Assembly: GCA_030704615.1 (NCBI GenBank)
Contig: CM060732.1
Coordinates: 61,876,001-61,940,000 of the forward strand
Source: Takakia lepidozioides
Lineage: Eukaryota; Plantae; Bryophyta
DNA length: 64,000 bases
Reading direction: 5' to 3'
The position numbers were made by a program, and so were the translations under genes. Below the pieces are notes generated by a model. The model made no database searches and was not told the origin of the DNA. It was given only the letters and a program-made list of their open reading frames with translations. This document shows positions 11,801 to 23,365 of this stretch, piece by piece (positions within the stretch are counted from its first letter, which is position 1; every line of letters starts with the position of its first letter).

Positions 11801-14800
11801 TCACCAGTAATCCCCACAAGAACAAACCCCATCTTCGAAGTGGTGAAAGCGGTTCGAGTCTCGTACAACAATTGTTCGGCCGACAATCTTTGAGATGAAC
11901 TTGGTGGAGGTGTGGCAGTCACCACACACCCGCAGATTCTTGATTAGACGGAGAGGTGTCCTAGGGGACGTGCTGATCAGCCCAAAACCAATGGCCAGCT
12001 TCTCACTGTGGTGGCAAACAGAAATTTCCTTTTGCTCCTCCCCAACATCATGTGATACAAAGCACCTGCCAGGCACATACCCTGCCTCCTTCATCTGTCT
12101 AGACAATCTTCTCAACTCAGCATGGATTTCCTCCATTTTGGGATGCAATTTGTCATCTACAACAAAGGTATGCACCCTGTTGCCAACCTCAATGCAGCAG
12201 TGACCTGGCTCCTTTCTAACCCCTCTGACCTTCATCATAGTTCTCACCTTTGCACTATCGTCCCACCTGCCAGCTGTGGCATAGATGTTTGATAGCAATA
12301 CATAAGTCGCGGCCTCCTGTTCATCCCACTTGAGAATAGATGTTGCAGCACGTTCAGCCATCTCCACATCACCGTGGATTCTGCAGGCACCAAGCAACGC
12401 CATCCAGACCACAGCATTTGGTTTCATTGGCATTTTGTTAATGAAGTCCTCTGCCTCATCCAATCGCCCCGCACGGCCAAGAAGGTCCACCATGGAGCCA
12501 AAGTGCTGCAGTGCTGGAGTGACACCATGATCTTGACTGAGGGAGTCAAAGTAGTATTTGCCTTCATCCACTAGGCCAGCATGGCTACATGCAGAGAGAA
12601 CACAGAGAAAAGTGATACTGTCCAGCTTCAAGCCTTCCACTTGCATTTCTTCCAATAGTTGCAGGGCCTCCATATCATAACCATGCTGTGCATATCCTGC
12701 AATCATCGCGTTCCAGGAAACCACATTTCGTGCCATATTGTTGAACACTCCCTCTGCACATTCAATGCTGCCACATTTTGCATACATGTCCACCAGGGCA
12801 GTATTCAGAACGACATCTGGCAAAATTCCAGCTTTGATGATGTCACCATGGACCTCTTTACCTTTTTCCAGGGCTGCCAGGCTTGCACACGCGTTGCAGA
12901 CACAAATGAATGTGACCTGATCCGGCTTCACCCCTTCCTGCATCATAAGCTCATAGGTCTCTAAAGCTTCCATCCCGCACCCATGCTGCACATATCCTGC
13001 AATCATCGAGGTCCAAGACACCACATTTCGTTTAGCCATATCATTAAACACTCCCTTCGCATCCTCGATGCTCCCACATTTGGCATACATGTTCATCACA
13101 GCAGTGTTCAGGATGACATCTGGTAGAATTCCAGCTTTGATGATGTCACCATGGACCTTTTTGCCCTTTTCCAGGGCTGCCAGGCTTGCACATGCATTGC
13201 AAATGCAAACAAATGTGATGTTGTTTGGCGTAACCCCTTCCCACATCATTTGCTCATATGTCTCCAAAGCCTCCACCCCGCACCCCTGCTGTGCATATCC
13301 TGCGATCAGTGTGTTCCACGACACCACATCTCGTTCTGCCATATTGTCAAACACACCCTTTGCGGCTTCAATGCTGCCACATTTGGCATACATGTCCACT
13401 AGGGTATTGTTCAGAGTGACATCCCGTACAATTCCCGCTTTGACAATGTTATCATGGACCTCTTTGCCCTTTTCCAAGGCTGCCAGGCTCGCGCATGCAT
13501 TGCAAACACAAACGAACGTGACCCGGTCCAGCTTCACCCCTTCCTGCATCATTTGCTCATAGGTCTCCAAAGCCTCCATCCCACACCCATGCTGGGCATA
13601 TGCTGCAATCATCGCATTCCATGACACCACATCTCGATCGGCCATGTTGTCAAAAACTCCCTTTGCATCCTTGATGCTGCCACATTTAGCATACATTTTC
13701 ATTAGGGCGGTGCTCAGAATGACATCTGGTACAATTCCAGCTTTGATGATGTCCCCATGCACCTCTTTACCCTTCTCCAGGGCTGCCAGGCTTGCACACG
13801 CATTGCAAACGCCAACGAATGTCACCTGGTCTGGCTTCACCCTGCCCCTCATCATTTGCTCATAGGCCTCCAAAGCATACATCCCACACCCCTGCTGAGC
13901 ATATCCTCCGACCATCGTGTTCCACGACACCACATCTCGTTCCGCCATATTGTCAAACACTCCCTTTGCATCCTCGATGCTGCCACATTTGGCATACATG
14001 TCCATGAGGGTGTTGTTCAGAAAGACAACTGGTACAATTCCAGCTTTGATGATGTCACCATGGACCTCTTTGCCCCTTTCCAGGTCTGCCAGGCTCGCAC
14101 ATGCATTGCAAACGCAAACAAATGTTATGTGGTTGGGCTTCACCCCTTCCTGCATCATTTGCTCATAGATCTCCAAAGCCTCCATCCCGCACCCATGCTG
14201 GGCATATCCTGCGATCATGGTGTTCCATGAAACCACATCTCGATCGGCCATATTATCAAACACTCCCTTTGCATCCTCGATGCTCCCACATTTCGCATAC
14301 ATTTTCATCAGGGCAGTGTTTAGAATGACATCTGGTACACTTCCAGATTTGATGATGTCACGATGGATCTCTTTGCACTTTTCCAGGGCTGACAGCCCTG
14401 CACATGCATTACAAACGCAAACAAACGTGACCCGGTCCGGCTTCACCCCTTCCCGCATCATTTGCTCATATGTCTCCAAGGCATTCTTACCACACCCATG
14501 CTTGGTAAATCCTGACATCATTATATTCCATGTGACCAAATCACGTTCATGCATTTTGTTGAACACTTGGTGTGCATCCACTATGCTCCCGCACTTAACA
14601 TACATGCTGACAAGGGTGTTGTGTAGAAAAATGTTTGGCTTGAATCGACTTTGGATAATGTGAGCATGCACTTGCTTTCCAGCTTCCAGGCCTTTCATCT
14701 TGATGCACTCATGCAGGAGACAGACATAAGTATCTAAATCTGCTGAACTGCCTCCTTGGTTTAAAGTCTGTAGAGCATCTTTCAGTCGCCCTGCGTCACA

Positions 14801-15034
14801 TTGCGTCCTCACATTTCCAGAAATGCCAGAAGAAGCATTGTGGACGCCCTCTCTTGGTCGGCTTTTGGAAGCTGTGGTCATGGTGGAGGTGCCTGAAATT
14901 ATCAACTGTGCCACTGCTGCTGCTTCCAGTTGACCATCTACCCATGCAGGTTTCTTGTACCTATCGATCCACAGGGAATCATAGCTAATCTTGTGCTTGA
15001 AATCCGGCCCTCTTGCATATATCTGGACCCACAC
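11801..15034 (-). CDS. Paralogous PLS-E-DYW PPR editing factor; about 23 PPR motifs
   Basis: Uninterrupted 1077-aa ORF with the same architecture and an almost identical E/DYW region (HHSEKLA, CGDCH, DYW). The ATG shared with the paralog is at 14881. Confidence 0.97.
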   Translation of the reverse strand: MWVQIYARGPDFKHKISYDSLWIDRYKKPAWVDGQLEAAAVAQLIISGTSTMTTASKSRPREGVHNASSGISGNVRTQCDAGRLKDALQTLNQGGSSADLDTYVCLLHECIKMKGLEAGKQVHAHIIQSRFKPNIFLHNTLVSMYVKCGSIVDAHQVFNKMHERDLVTWNIMMSGFTKHGCGKNALETYEQMMREGVKPDRVTFVCVCNACAGLSALEKCKEIHRDIIKSGSVPDVILNTALMKMYAKCGSIEDAKGVFDNMADRDVVSWNTMIAGYAQHGCGMEALEIYEQMMQEGVKPNHITFVCVCNACASLADLERGKEVHGDIIKAGIVPVVFLNNTLMDMYAKCGSIEDAKGVFDNMAERDVVSWNTMVGGYAQQGCGMYALEAYEQMMRGRVKPDQVTFVGVCNACASLAALEKGKEVHGDIIKAGIVPDVILSTALMKMYAKCGSIKDAKGVFDNMADRDVVSWNAMIAAYAQHGCGMEALETYEQMMQEGVKLDRVTFVCVCNACASLAALEKGKEVHDNIVKAGIVRDVTLNNTLVDMYAKCGSIEAAKGVFDNMAERDVVSWNTLIAGYAQQGCGVEALETYEQMMWEGVTPNNITFVCICNACASLAALEKGKKVHGDIIKAGILPDVILNTAVMNMYAKCGSIEDAKGVFNDMAKRNVVSWTSMIAGYVQHGCGMEALETYELMMQEGVKPDQVTFICVCNACASLAALEKGKEVHGDIIKAGILPDVVLNTALVDMYAKCGSIECAEGVFNNMARNVVSWNAMIAGYAQHGYDMEALQLLEEMQVEGLKLDSITFLCVLSACSHAGLVDEGKYYFDSLSQDHGVTPALQHFGSMVDLLGRAGRLDEAEDFINKMPMKPNAVVWMALLGACRIHGDVEMAERAATSILKWDEQEAATYVLLSNIYATAGRWDDSAKVRTMMKVRGVRKEPGHCCIEVGNRVHTFVVDDKLHPKMEEIHAELRRLSRQMKEAGYVPGRCFVSHDVGEEQKEISVCHHSEKLAIGFGLISTSPRTPLRLIKNLRVCGDCHTSTKFISKIVGRTIVVRDSNRFHHFEDGVCSCGDYW

Positions 15035-16500
15035 TCCATCCCTAGCAGCTCACAATGACAGCCTAAAGTTGTTCTAGCAAACATCCCAACTCGACTTATC
15101 ACCCACTAGTTCTTGCGCTGAATTGCTCCCAAGACTTCAAAACTGTGCTGGGGAGAGGAAGGATGACAATTTCACAGAAATCTTTGTGATGCATCTTGTT
15201 GTTTGCTTCTCTATGTAATTTTACATGCATTCACCTTTTTGCCTCGATTCTCCCACCAGTGCCTGGAGTCCGAAAAATAGTCATTCCAAAGCTTCTCGTC
15301 GTCTCTGTTTTCTGTTTTTGGATACTTTCCTGTTGCCACATTGGCAGTAACATGTCAAAATCACTCCAAACCACCATAGATCCACCCAACGAGCGAACTA
15401 GTAGAATTCAACATACCAAATTAGGGGTGACTCTGATAAGAGAGCAAAACACGCGACCATTTGTTAATGAAGAAAGTGGCCTTACCACATTGTCCTTGAC
15501 CTTGTGTTATGAAAGCAGCTAGCTTTTCTTTCGCCCACAGAGGATTCAACCAGCCATGAACCCAAAAGGACCTGTTGTGTGTGCTGCTTGTGACTGTGGT
15601 CGGGTAATCTTGGATTAGTCTGTGAGAACCACCATGGTGCAGCTGAGAAGCCATAGATTAAAACAAAGCATCCTAAGATCACCCGGACCCTCCCAGTACT
15701 TTGTAAACACAAGGAAAAATACCAAACCATGATACTGACAGGAAGAACCCACATTTGCAGAATGGACAAACTTCTTCACATCATACATTCGAAAGCCACA
15801 CCTTGCGATGGCGGTTGTCCCACCATGCGATTGCGGTTGTCCCACCATTGTGAAGGACCTTTAAATGACATTTACAAGGAGTGGCCCCCAGACTTGTTGG
15901 GGAAGGAGTACTGCAGGCAACCATCCTTCCGCAAAAAAGAGACATAAGAGCTAGTTGCTGGATTTTCAAGAGTGTTGCAAGGCCGATCGGACGTTTGTTG
16001 GGTCCTCTTTATTCTGAAGAGGAGACTACACATCATCCTTGTCAAAAAAATCGCTAAGCTCGGGTGTCACCTCCTCTCCTTTGCTCAAACTACTTCCCTG
16101 TGCCTTACCCAGGTAACACCTCCCTCAAGGTAACATCTGTGTTATTGAACAACTTATGAAAAATAAATGATGAATTTTCAAGTTTTATTATTATTTATTT
16201 TAAAGGAACAGGGGAGGAAGCCTGATTCGGGCGCTATGGGTTTGTTCCCCTTCCTCTACCAGACTTAATCCTATATGGGGAATGTAGTCGATCACGAAGA
16301 GGACGCAACTGACTCGAACTTCCAAAGCACATTCATCCACATGCTCGTGCACACCGCTACACCAAGCATACACTCGCGTAAGACCCAAAAGTCACCACCT
16401 TCACTACCACGGCAGTGAGGCTTAAATAGTATTAGGTCATAATCTAATCCTAGTGTCGCGTGGCACTTACATATAGGCCCACCAGATGCCCTTCCAACAT

Positions 16501-17228
16501 AGTCGCGCACCTCACTTCGGTAAGCTCCCCTTCAAGTCATAGTTACTCGCTTTGATGCGCGCGCCTGACTCCCAACCTGGCCGCCCGGGCCAACTTGGAG
16601 CTTCGGCTGCTCACCGGGACATAACGGTCCCCCTTTGCTTCCCTCTAAACCCTCCACCTATTTGGGACTAGGAGAATTCCCTTTGGTAGATGGCAGTCCG
16701 GAACAGCTCCCCTCTCTTTGGTCGCTTTCCGGCTCGTTCGCTTACTCACTAGTTTTTGGTCACCAACGGGCTTGCACCGTTCTCGGGGTTACTACTCCCC
16801 TTATATATATTTCTGTAGCTGTCCGCGGGGGTTTCATAACCAGCCATGCCATTTTATGGCGAACCACCACGAAAACCCTCGACTCCCGGTGATGAGTCGC
16901 GGTGAGTCTTGGCCCACTCATCACGGCCCCTATAGACCGTGATGAGTCCCAAGACTCCCCACGACTCCCACCACGAGGTCTCCGCCCCCATGGTGAGTCC
17001 TATGCCACCCCCACTAAGTCCCGCTAAGCTACCACCACCCCTTGTGGAGCTACCCCCACCGCAACCCGGTGTGCGGGGCTCCACCTAGTGAGCGCCTCCG
17101 CCTCCTTGAGTGCCTTGGGCACTAAAGGGTGCTTCAGCCCCCCATACGTATCGCTGCCGATGCCCCCACTACAGGGGCAGCCCCTCATGTGTCCCGACCC
17201 CCTGCCCTCAAGGCAAAAGGTCGCGACA
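16501..17228 (-). mobile_element. Solo LTR of the chromovirus family at 43.7-49.0 kb
   Basis: Colinear with 48315-49044 over ~730 bp and ends in ...GACA. CATAG at 16498-16502 and 17229-17233 fits a 5-bp TSD if the terminal TG was lost. Confidence 0.92.
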
Positions 17229-17752
17229 CATAGCCATAGAAAGAAGCCAGATCACCCAGATCCATCCTAATCTAATCCTAAACTAGCTGTTAGAATAAGA
17301 CAGCTCCTAATAAAGTCATAAGCTGTTGCCAGCTCATCCTCATGCGCAAGGAATAAGTTCATCCAGACTTCATCCTAGCTCCGTCCATCGCTAAATCATC
17401 CGGAGTGCATCCCTCCTCCATTCATCCATGTCGAAAAGGAAGGTGAGAAGGAATCCCAGCTCCACAAGCCTTGGAATTTTATTGAAGTAGTTGGGAAAAA
17501 ATAGCCTTACAAAGCTATGAAGGCGGAGAAATGAGACACCACTATGAACGGAGTCAGGAGAAAGACTTTTCAAGTTCATTATGGATTTATTAGTATAGAT
17601 AAAAGTAAATTCCACTACTCAACTAACCACTTGTTTTATTCCAGTTTTTCACTCACCTTCTCTCATTATCCACAATGTTTACAGTATATTTATTTATTTA
17701 CTTAAAGGGGAAAGGGGACTCAGGAAGCCCTAAGTTGAGATGCAATTTAGAA

Positions 17753-17980
17753 GTTTTTTTTTTTTTAAAGGAAACCTGAGAGCGACAGCCCACAATTCAG
17801 GCCCTTGAGGAGGGGGAAAAATAACCCCCTTTCATTTATGGGCCATGAGGCCTACAGGACAATCAACGCCCAGACATACCGTCACAAACAATCCCACACA
17901 TGGGGCAGGCCAGCGGGTTTGAACCCCAAACCACCAGGGCGACACACCGTGCACTTACCTACCAGCCAATGTGCTACTTA
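17753..17980 (-). mobile_element. tRNA-derived SINE (copy 1)
   Basis: Minus-strand B-box GGTTCAAACCC (reverse complement of ~17915-17925), A-rich tail at ~17753-17766; body similar to 40177-40389. Confidence 0.65.
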
Positions 17981-20248
17981 GTCTAAGTAATAAATTTAGG
18001 GTGTAATCTAGAAGAATTGTCCTCAAACCTTACTGATTGGATCAATGACAACAGTAAGCCTCCTCTTGATATGTTCAATATTTAACTCTGTGCACCAACC
18101 ACTTTAGCCATAGTGGATCTTGTGCACGAGTCTAGCATATATATATATATATATATATATAGAGCGGCTCTTCTATGGTCAAACCTGCTTAGAGAGAAGT
18201 TGTCACACACATTTCATAACAGTTCATGACAAAGAGTTTTTACTTGTTGCTGCTATGGAGGCTCCCCAGGATGGTATTGCCCTATGGCCTGTCGAGGTTA
18301 TTTTTTCCTTGCTTCTTTAATTTGAGTGATTGCGCGGTGGTTATTTCTTCCACCACAGCAATGCATTATGGGATTCCGCTCCCAAAAAAAAACCTTGCCA
18401 TTAGAATTCATATTAAACATAGCCAATAGGCCACCCGATCTCGCTGACGTATCATATTTTGGTTGGCTATGGGCTCAACGAATACCCTTATTTTGGTTTC
18501 CGACCTACAGCATGCATATTCGAGACTTCACAGATGGCCAAGGTCCATAAAATGTTGACATCTTAGATAGACAACGAACATATTATGCTAACCTCATGGA
18601 TGGACAGATATAATTCAATGAAAATGTGACGCACACTGATTCATTTCCAAATTGGCACTGATTTTGAAATTGATTTCAATTGAAATGGCTTTCTGCCGAA
18701 ACAAAATTTTACAGTATCTGAAGAGAGGCCGATGGTTTGAATAAAATACCAGCTTTATTGTTTTCAAATCTTAGATGTAACGGAGGTCAAATAATCCAAA
18801 TGACCAGCCACAATATTTTCTATGCAATGGAGGTCAACTAATCAAAATGACCAACCATACTGTAGTTATATACTATAACATCTGAGCCTGTACAAAAATA
18901 ACATTCTAGCTGAAATACAGATGTGTATCTTTACAATTAATATCCTTGAATGTGCTCGATTTTACAGCAGATGCATATATTTTGGTGTAGGCGTAATCAG
19001 ATAAGCAGGTTCAGAACAATTGGTACAATATTAGGATCTACCCAGCATTTATTAGTCCAGGACCTGTGAGAAGGTGTACTAAACGTACTGGCAAAGTTTG
19101 AAAATAAATAGATGTCCAATATCAACTAATACATCCAAATCCATGTTAATACACTCATTATCCTCAAGAGTTGCAACAGGAAATCATGAAAAAATCACTA
19201 GCTATGGAGGAGTAGCAAGATATGGAGCTGACACAACACAAACATATGCAATTGGACCAGAAGCAACATATGGAGCTGAACGATTGTGAACAATTGGAAC
19301 ACGTACCTCAATGTAAAAAGGAGAGACGAACGTAGTATGGCACTAAAATAAATGTCCAAAGAACGTCATCTCGCATAAGTGCAGGGCCAGCTCGAGTCAA
19401 ATCAAACAGAAATTTTACGAATTAAAGACAATGATAACATTCTACAGTGGTAGAATGATTGTTAAATGAGATCCGAGTAACAAACGAGTATCGTGGAAAT
19501 TATCCCCGAATTACGCCGCCCTTCCACAACCTCTCACACACCACAAAAACCTCTTCCCTCACACATCATCACCTTTAATCCTCACTCCCAACCCTCAATC
19601 CACAATTCAACCACAAAACAAACAAACATAACGCTAGAATTCTTCATTCCGCTATAATCAACAAATTAAACACGGTAAAAAGGGATGAGACCGAGAGCAT
19701 GAGAATTGAAACGACGATGCACGTCACAAACCTTATATCAATGCTATGGAAGAAGATCATTGACGGTGCTAGAGCTTGACGGTTCTGATGACCGCCAAAT
19801 CAACGTCACAATGGTTGAGTTACTCGGCTCTGTTGCTCGCAATTTATGTGCCATTAGACAACCTTGCACCTGTACTTTTGTTCGCATTCCTACAAAGAAA
19901 CATTTTGGGGTAAACTGGTTATCCAAGACATCTTCCTAGGATACAACATTCAGTGTCACAGACTCTTCAAGTATTGTCTTGTCCACTCTTAAGACAGTTC
20001 ATCTACATGTTTAAGAGAATGTAACATTTAATAAGAGAAAGGCCTTAGGTTTAGAGTCAAAAGCATCATATTTAAGCTGTGGCTCTACTATTTGCAGCGC
20101 GTCGCAAAATCAAAGACTATTCCATTGTAGTAGCATCCAAAGATCAGAGTGTCTCACATGAAGAGGTGCATGTCCATACAACTGATATAGAGACCTAAAA
20201 AACTTAAAAGCTACTAGTCATAAAAACTCTTAACTCTCCAATTTCTAG

Positions 20249-21045
20249 ATGATACGACTCACTCTCCACACCGCGTTTTTGCCACTGTGGGGGCACCCAA
20301 AACTGGATGGAATTGTGTTGTTTATCAAGGATGACGAGCGTTTTTATACAGTGTGCCATGCACAATCCTTGATTGTTAATTTCAATGACAAATTGGAGTC
20401 GGTGGTAACTAGCATGTCGTTGGAGGACAAACTAATTGTCCTCATTTTTGCACATGGCGAAGTCTAGTGGGGTTTGTGTTGGCAAAGATTCTAGGGGCTT
20501 TTGGGATATTGACTTCCGAAGAAGCCAGTGATATGTTGCGTCATTTGAGCGGTAGAGCACCTATGATTTTGATTAATTCTACTTATTACTCGGGAACATG
20601 GCATGACGATTCATCTAGGACTACATTCGCCACGACAGATAGAGAGTGCGAGTCTTTATCATTTTCTATTTCTGCATCCGGATCGGCAAGGGGTGGCTAC
20701 TTTTGGGGTAGTATATTCTATGAGTTGAGCCGCCTTGATTTGACGAAGATTGGAGAGGGTGTGCTCGATCGAGACACATTTCGGGGTTGGATGGAGTGCG
20801 TGAAGGAAAAAATTCAAGACCTTGCCAGCATAAATCCAGTTCCCACAATATCTGTTCATCGAGAGGATGTTTGTTTGGAGTCGGAGGACGAAGAGTGTTC
20901 GTTCAAATGCAATGACATCAGGAGTTACCGATCTTCATCCTCGTCACAGCATAACCCTACCACTTTTATTAGTGATATGAACCTCAATGCCAAACTCCTT
21001 AGCCATCATCATTGCTTGTTTGCTCGCAAACAGACGCTACCATGA
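20249..21045 (+). pseudogene. Caspase/hemoglobinase-fold (clan CD) cysteine peptidase-like pseudogene
   Basis: LIVLIFAHG (His-Gly) followed ~40 aa later by ILINSTYYSG (the Cys position reads Tyr) and ARGGYF; stop at 20465-20467. Confidence 0.5.
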
Positions 21046-22716
21046 GTTCGGGATCCACAGATAGCTCGCAAATAGACGCCGCTACCACAAGGATGAGGAA
21101 GATGATGGAGCTCGCGCGGACGATGATGGAATGTAAGATCTCATCTCCTGTCTCTGTTATGTCATCGGGCATGACCGTTGTGTAGCTGAGAAAATTCGAA
21201 ATCAGAAATCAGGCGCGGTCGTCCGTAGCGTGATTCCAAAAGTCGTGGAAAATTGTATAAAATTCTCCATTGTAACATAAATTATCTGTCATGTGATGGG
21301 TTCCAATGTTAGCTCCATTTATACCATTTCTTCCTGCCCAGATTGTCAATAGGACTCAAGAATAAGTGTCCATCATGTTTCTCAGGCATGCTCCGAAAGT
21401 GTCATCCAGACGCATATGACATCATCGTCATAAGATAAAACAGCAGATCGAAAATGCTCCTCCTAGAGTTGATTTTTAATATTGACCTTATAGTTCTTGC
21501 TTAGTCGCTTGTTGTACCTACGTATCCAACAATAGACATGTCAGATAAGAACTACCAACAATAGACGATGAACAGAACAAAATATAACAATTCTGAGATA
21601 TATAGTACTTACTCTAGATATACATTATTGTTGATGTCATGAATTTCAAGTTCAAAGTTTGTGAACATTAAGTTGTAAAGCTCATCATTCCCACGAAAAA
21701 AATAAAAGGTCACGCAGAAGTAGGTGAACCATTTGTGACATCCTCTATGCATATGATTTGATGCAAATAATGCCCCATAATTAGCCCATCGTCTTCAAAA
21801 GTCGGCCCCTCAACTTTTCTCCATTAATTTTTGTTTGCCCCGACATCTCTGCTTTTTGTTTATCAATTCAATAACAGCTCAATTACAATGAGATGTTGTG
21901 TTATGTTAAACTGAGGCTCCACAACACCCGTCTCAGGACTTTCTGCTGACAAATGAATCTATTATACATTATCGGTAAGCTTAAGAATTCAATGCCCGAG
22001 CTCGCAGGTTCTCACAAAAAATGATACCCGGGCAACACTAGTTTGTACTGTCTCTATTATAAGCTTCATGCTGTAGTACTGCCTTGTTTGCCTTCATAAC
22101 CCTTTATTTCCACACAACCCATTGCTGACATCATACATAATTACAAATATTGGCATGCCTATACATCTGGGGTCAATCAAAATGAATCGAAATTGAATTT
22201 ACCCTAATTAGAAACGTGTTCCGCAAAAGGGATTGAACTTGCTCATTGAACCACTTTCTTCTCCAAAGAATCGAGCCTCAAGTTCATTGCCTTGGTATCG
22301 CCCTGGATCATGGTCGTATCGCCGGCCTCTCGCCGGCCTGGAACTTGGTGACATCACTAGTCAACCGCTCAAGGTGCGACACAATTAGAGCACTCTGCGC
22401 ACTCTCATGCATGACACTCAAGAAAATTGTTAATCCGAATGTGGCGCAACTTGGAGCGATCCAAACGAGTTTGCTTGCCATTGCGTTGCCAAGTCTCTTA
22501 ACCGCAAACTGCCACCACAGAGCCATCGTCCGCGTCGGTTGTGTGCTCAGATGTATATGAAGTTACTCCTGCTCCGAATCATTCAGAATACTAAGTTAAC
22601 ATATCTAACATCAACTAACCAAACAGCTATGAAAAACACCGCGAGCAATCTAACGAGCAACAACAGCGATCTAACGAGCAATCTAACCAGCAAAAACAGC
22701 GAAAGTGTATGCATGG

Positions 22717-23365
22717 CTAAAAAATAATGTTTATTCCCTCCTGACATATTACCTCATAAAATTGGTTTAATTTAGACATTGTATATTCAGTATCATATGT
22801 GTACCAAGAAACTCCTTCTACATCATTAATTTGATTAAGTACCATTGTTTTTATCCACTTTTTGTTGACCAATGCCATTCCAATTTTATAATTAGTAGAA
22901 TCTATGGTATTTCTATCGCATTTCAATGTTTACTGTGTTAATATTTTAGAACGAATAAATATACTAGAAGAATTATTTGTAGCAAATTTACATATAAGTT
23001 GATGTACGTAAAATTCGCCTCCATCAACCTTTCCACGTTCTCCCAAAAAATCAATGAACAGTCGACGTCCGTTTTATCAACATGTGCTTTTAAGACACTT
23101 GATTTAGTCATGTGGAGCTGATATACAAGTACCTTATAGTTAGAAATTCCAATTTTGATGCATTGCATAGAATGAATTTGATGTTCAAAAAATTTCACTA
23201 CTTCGTGTCCAAAATTTGCTTTTACTCATTTTCAAATAGTTGAAACAATTATATCACCAATTTCTCGAAAAGCAGATTGTGCTTCATCTGACAATGTATT
23301 GCTTGTATATTTTTTCACTTGGCCTCTGTTGGGTAATGCAGCATTTGATATATAACCATGACTCA
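22717..23365 (-). pseudogene. 2OG-Fe(II) dioxygenase relic, C-terminal part (possibly TET/JBP-like)
   Basis: Manual translation across one frameshift: LKAHVDKTDVDCSLIFW/GERGKVDGGEFYVHQLICKFATNNSSSIFIRSKILTQ*TLK...YKIGMAL. HxD at 23076-23084; distal His position degenerate. Confidence 0.5.

Larger units (their letters stand above)
6065..15865. repeat. Inverted segmental duplication, arms ~6065-9935 and ~11700-15865
   Basis: Upstream non-coding DNA (6076 aaagatccttcacaatg vs reverse complement of ~15860) and 3' flanks (9836 gtctgttgcttcattcattgatc vs reverse complement of 11755-11777) match, as do the CDSs. Confidence 0.92.

Noticed and set aside
7245-14663. Many antisense and alternate-frame ORFs within the PPR genes
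   Set aside because: They are shadows of the 303-bp repeated coding units with no independent motifs.
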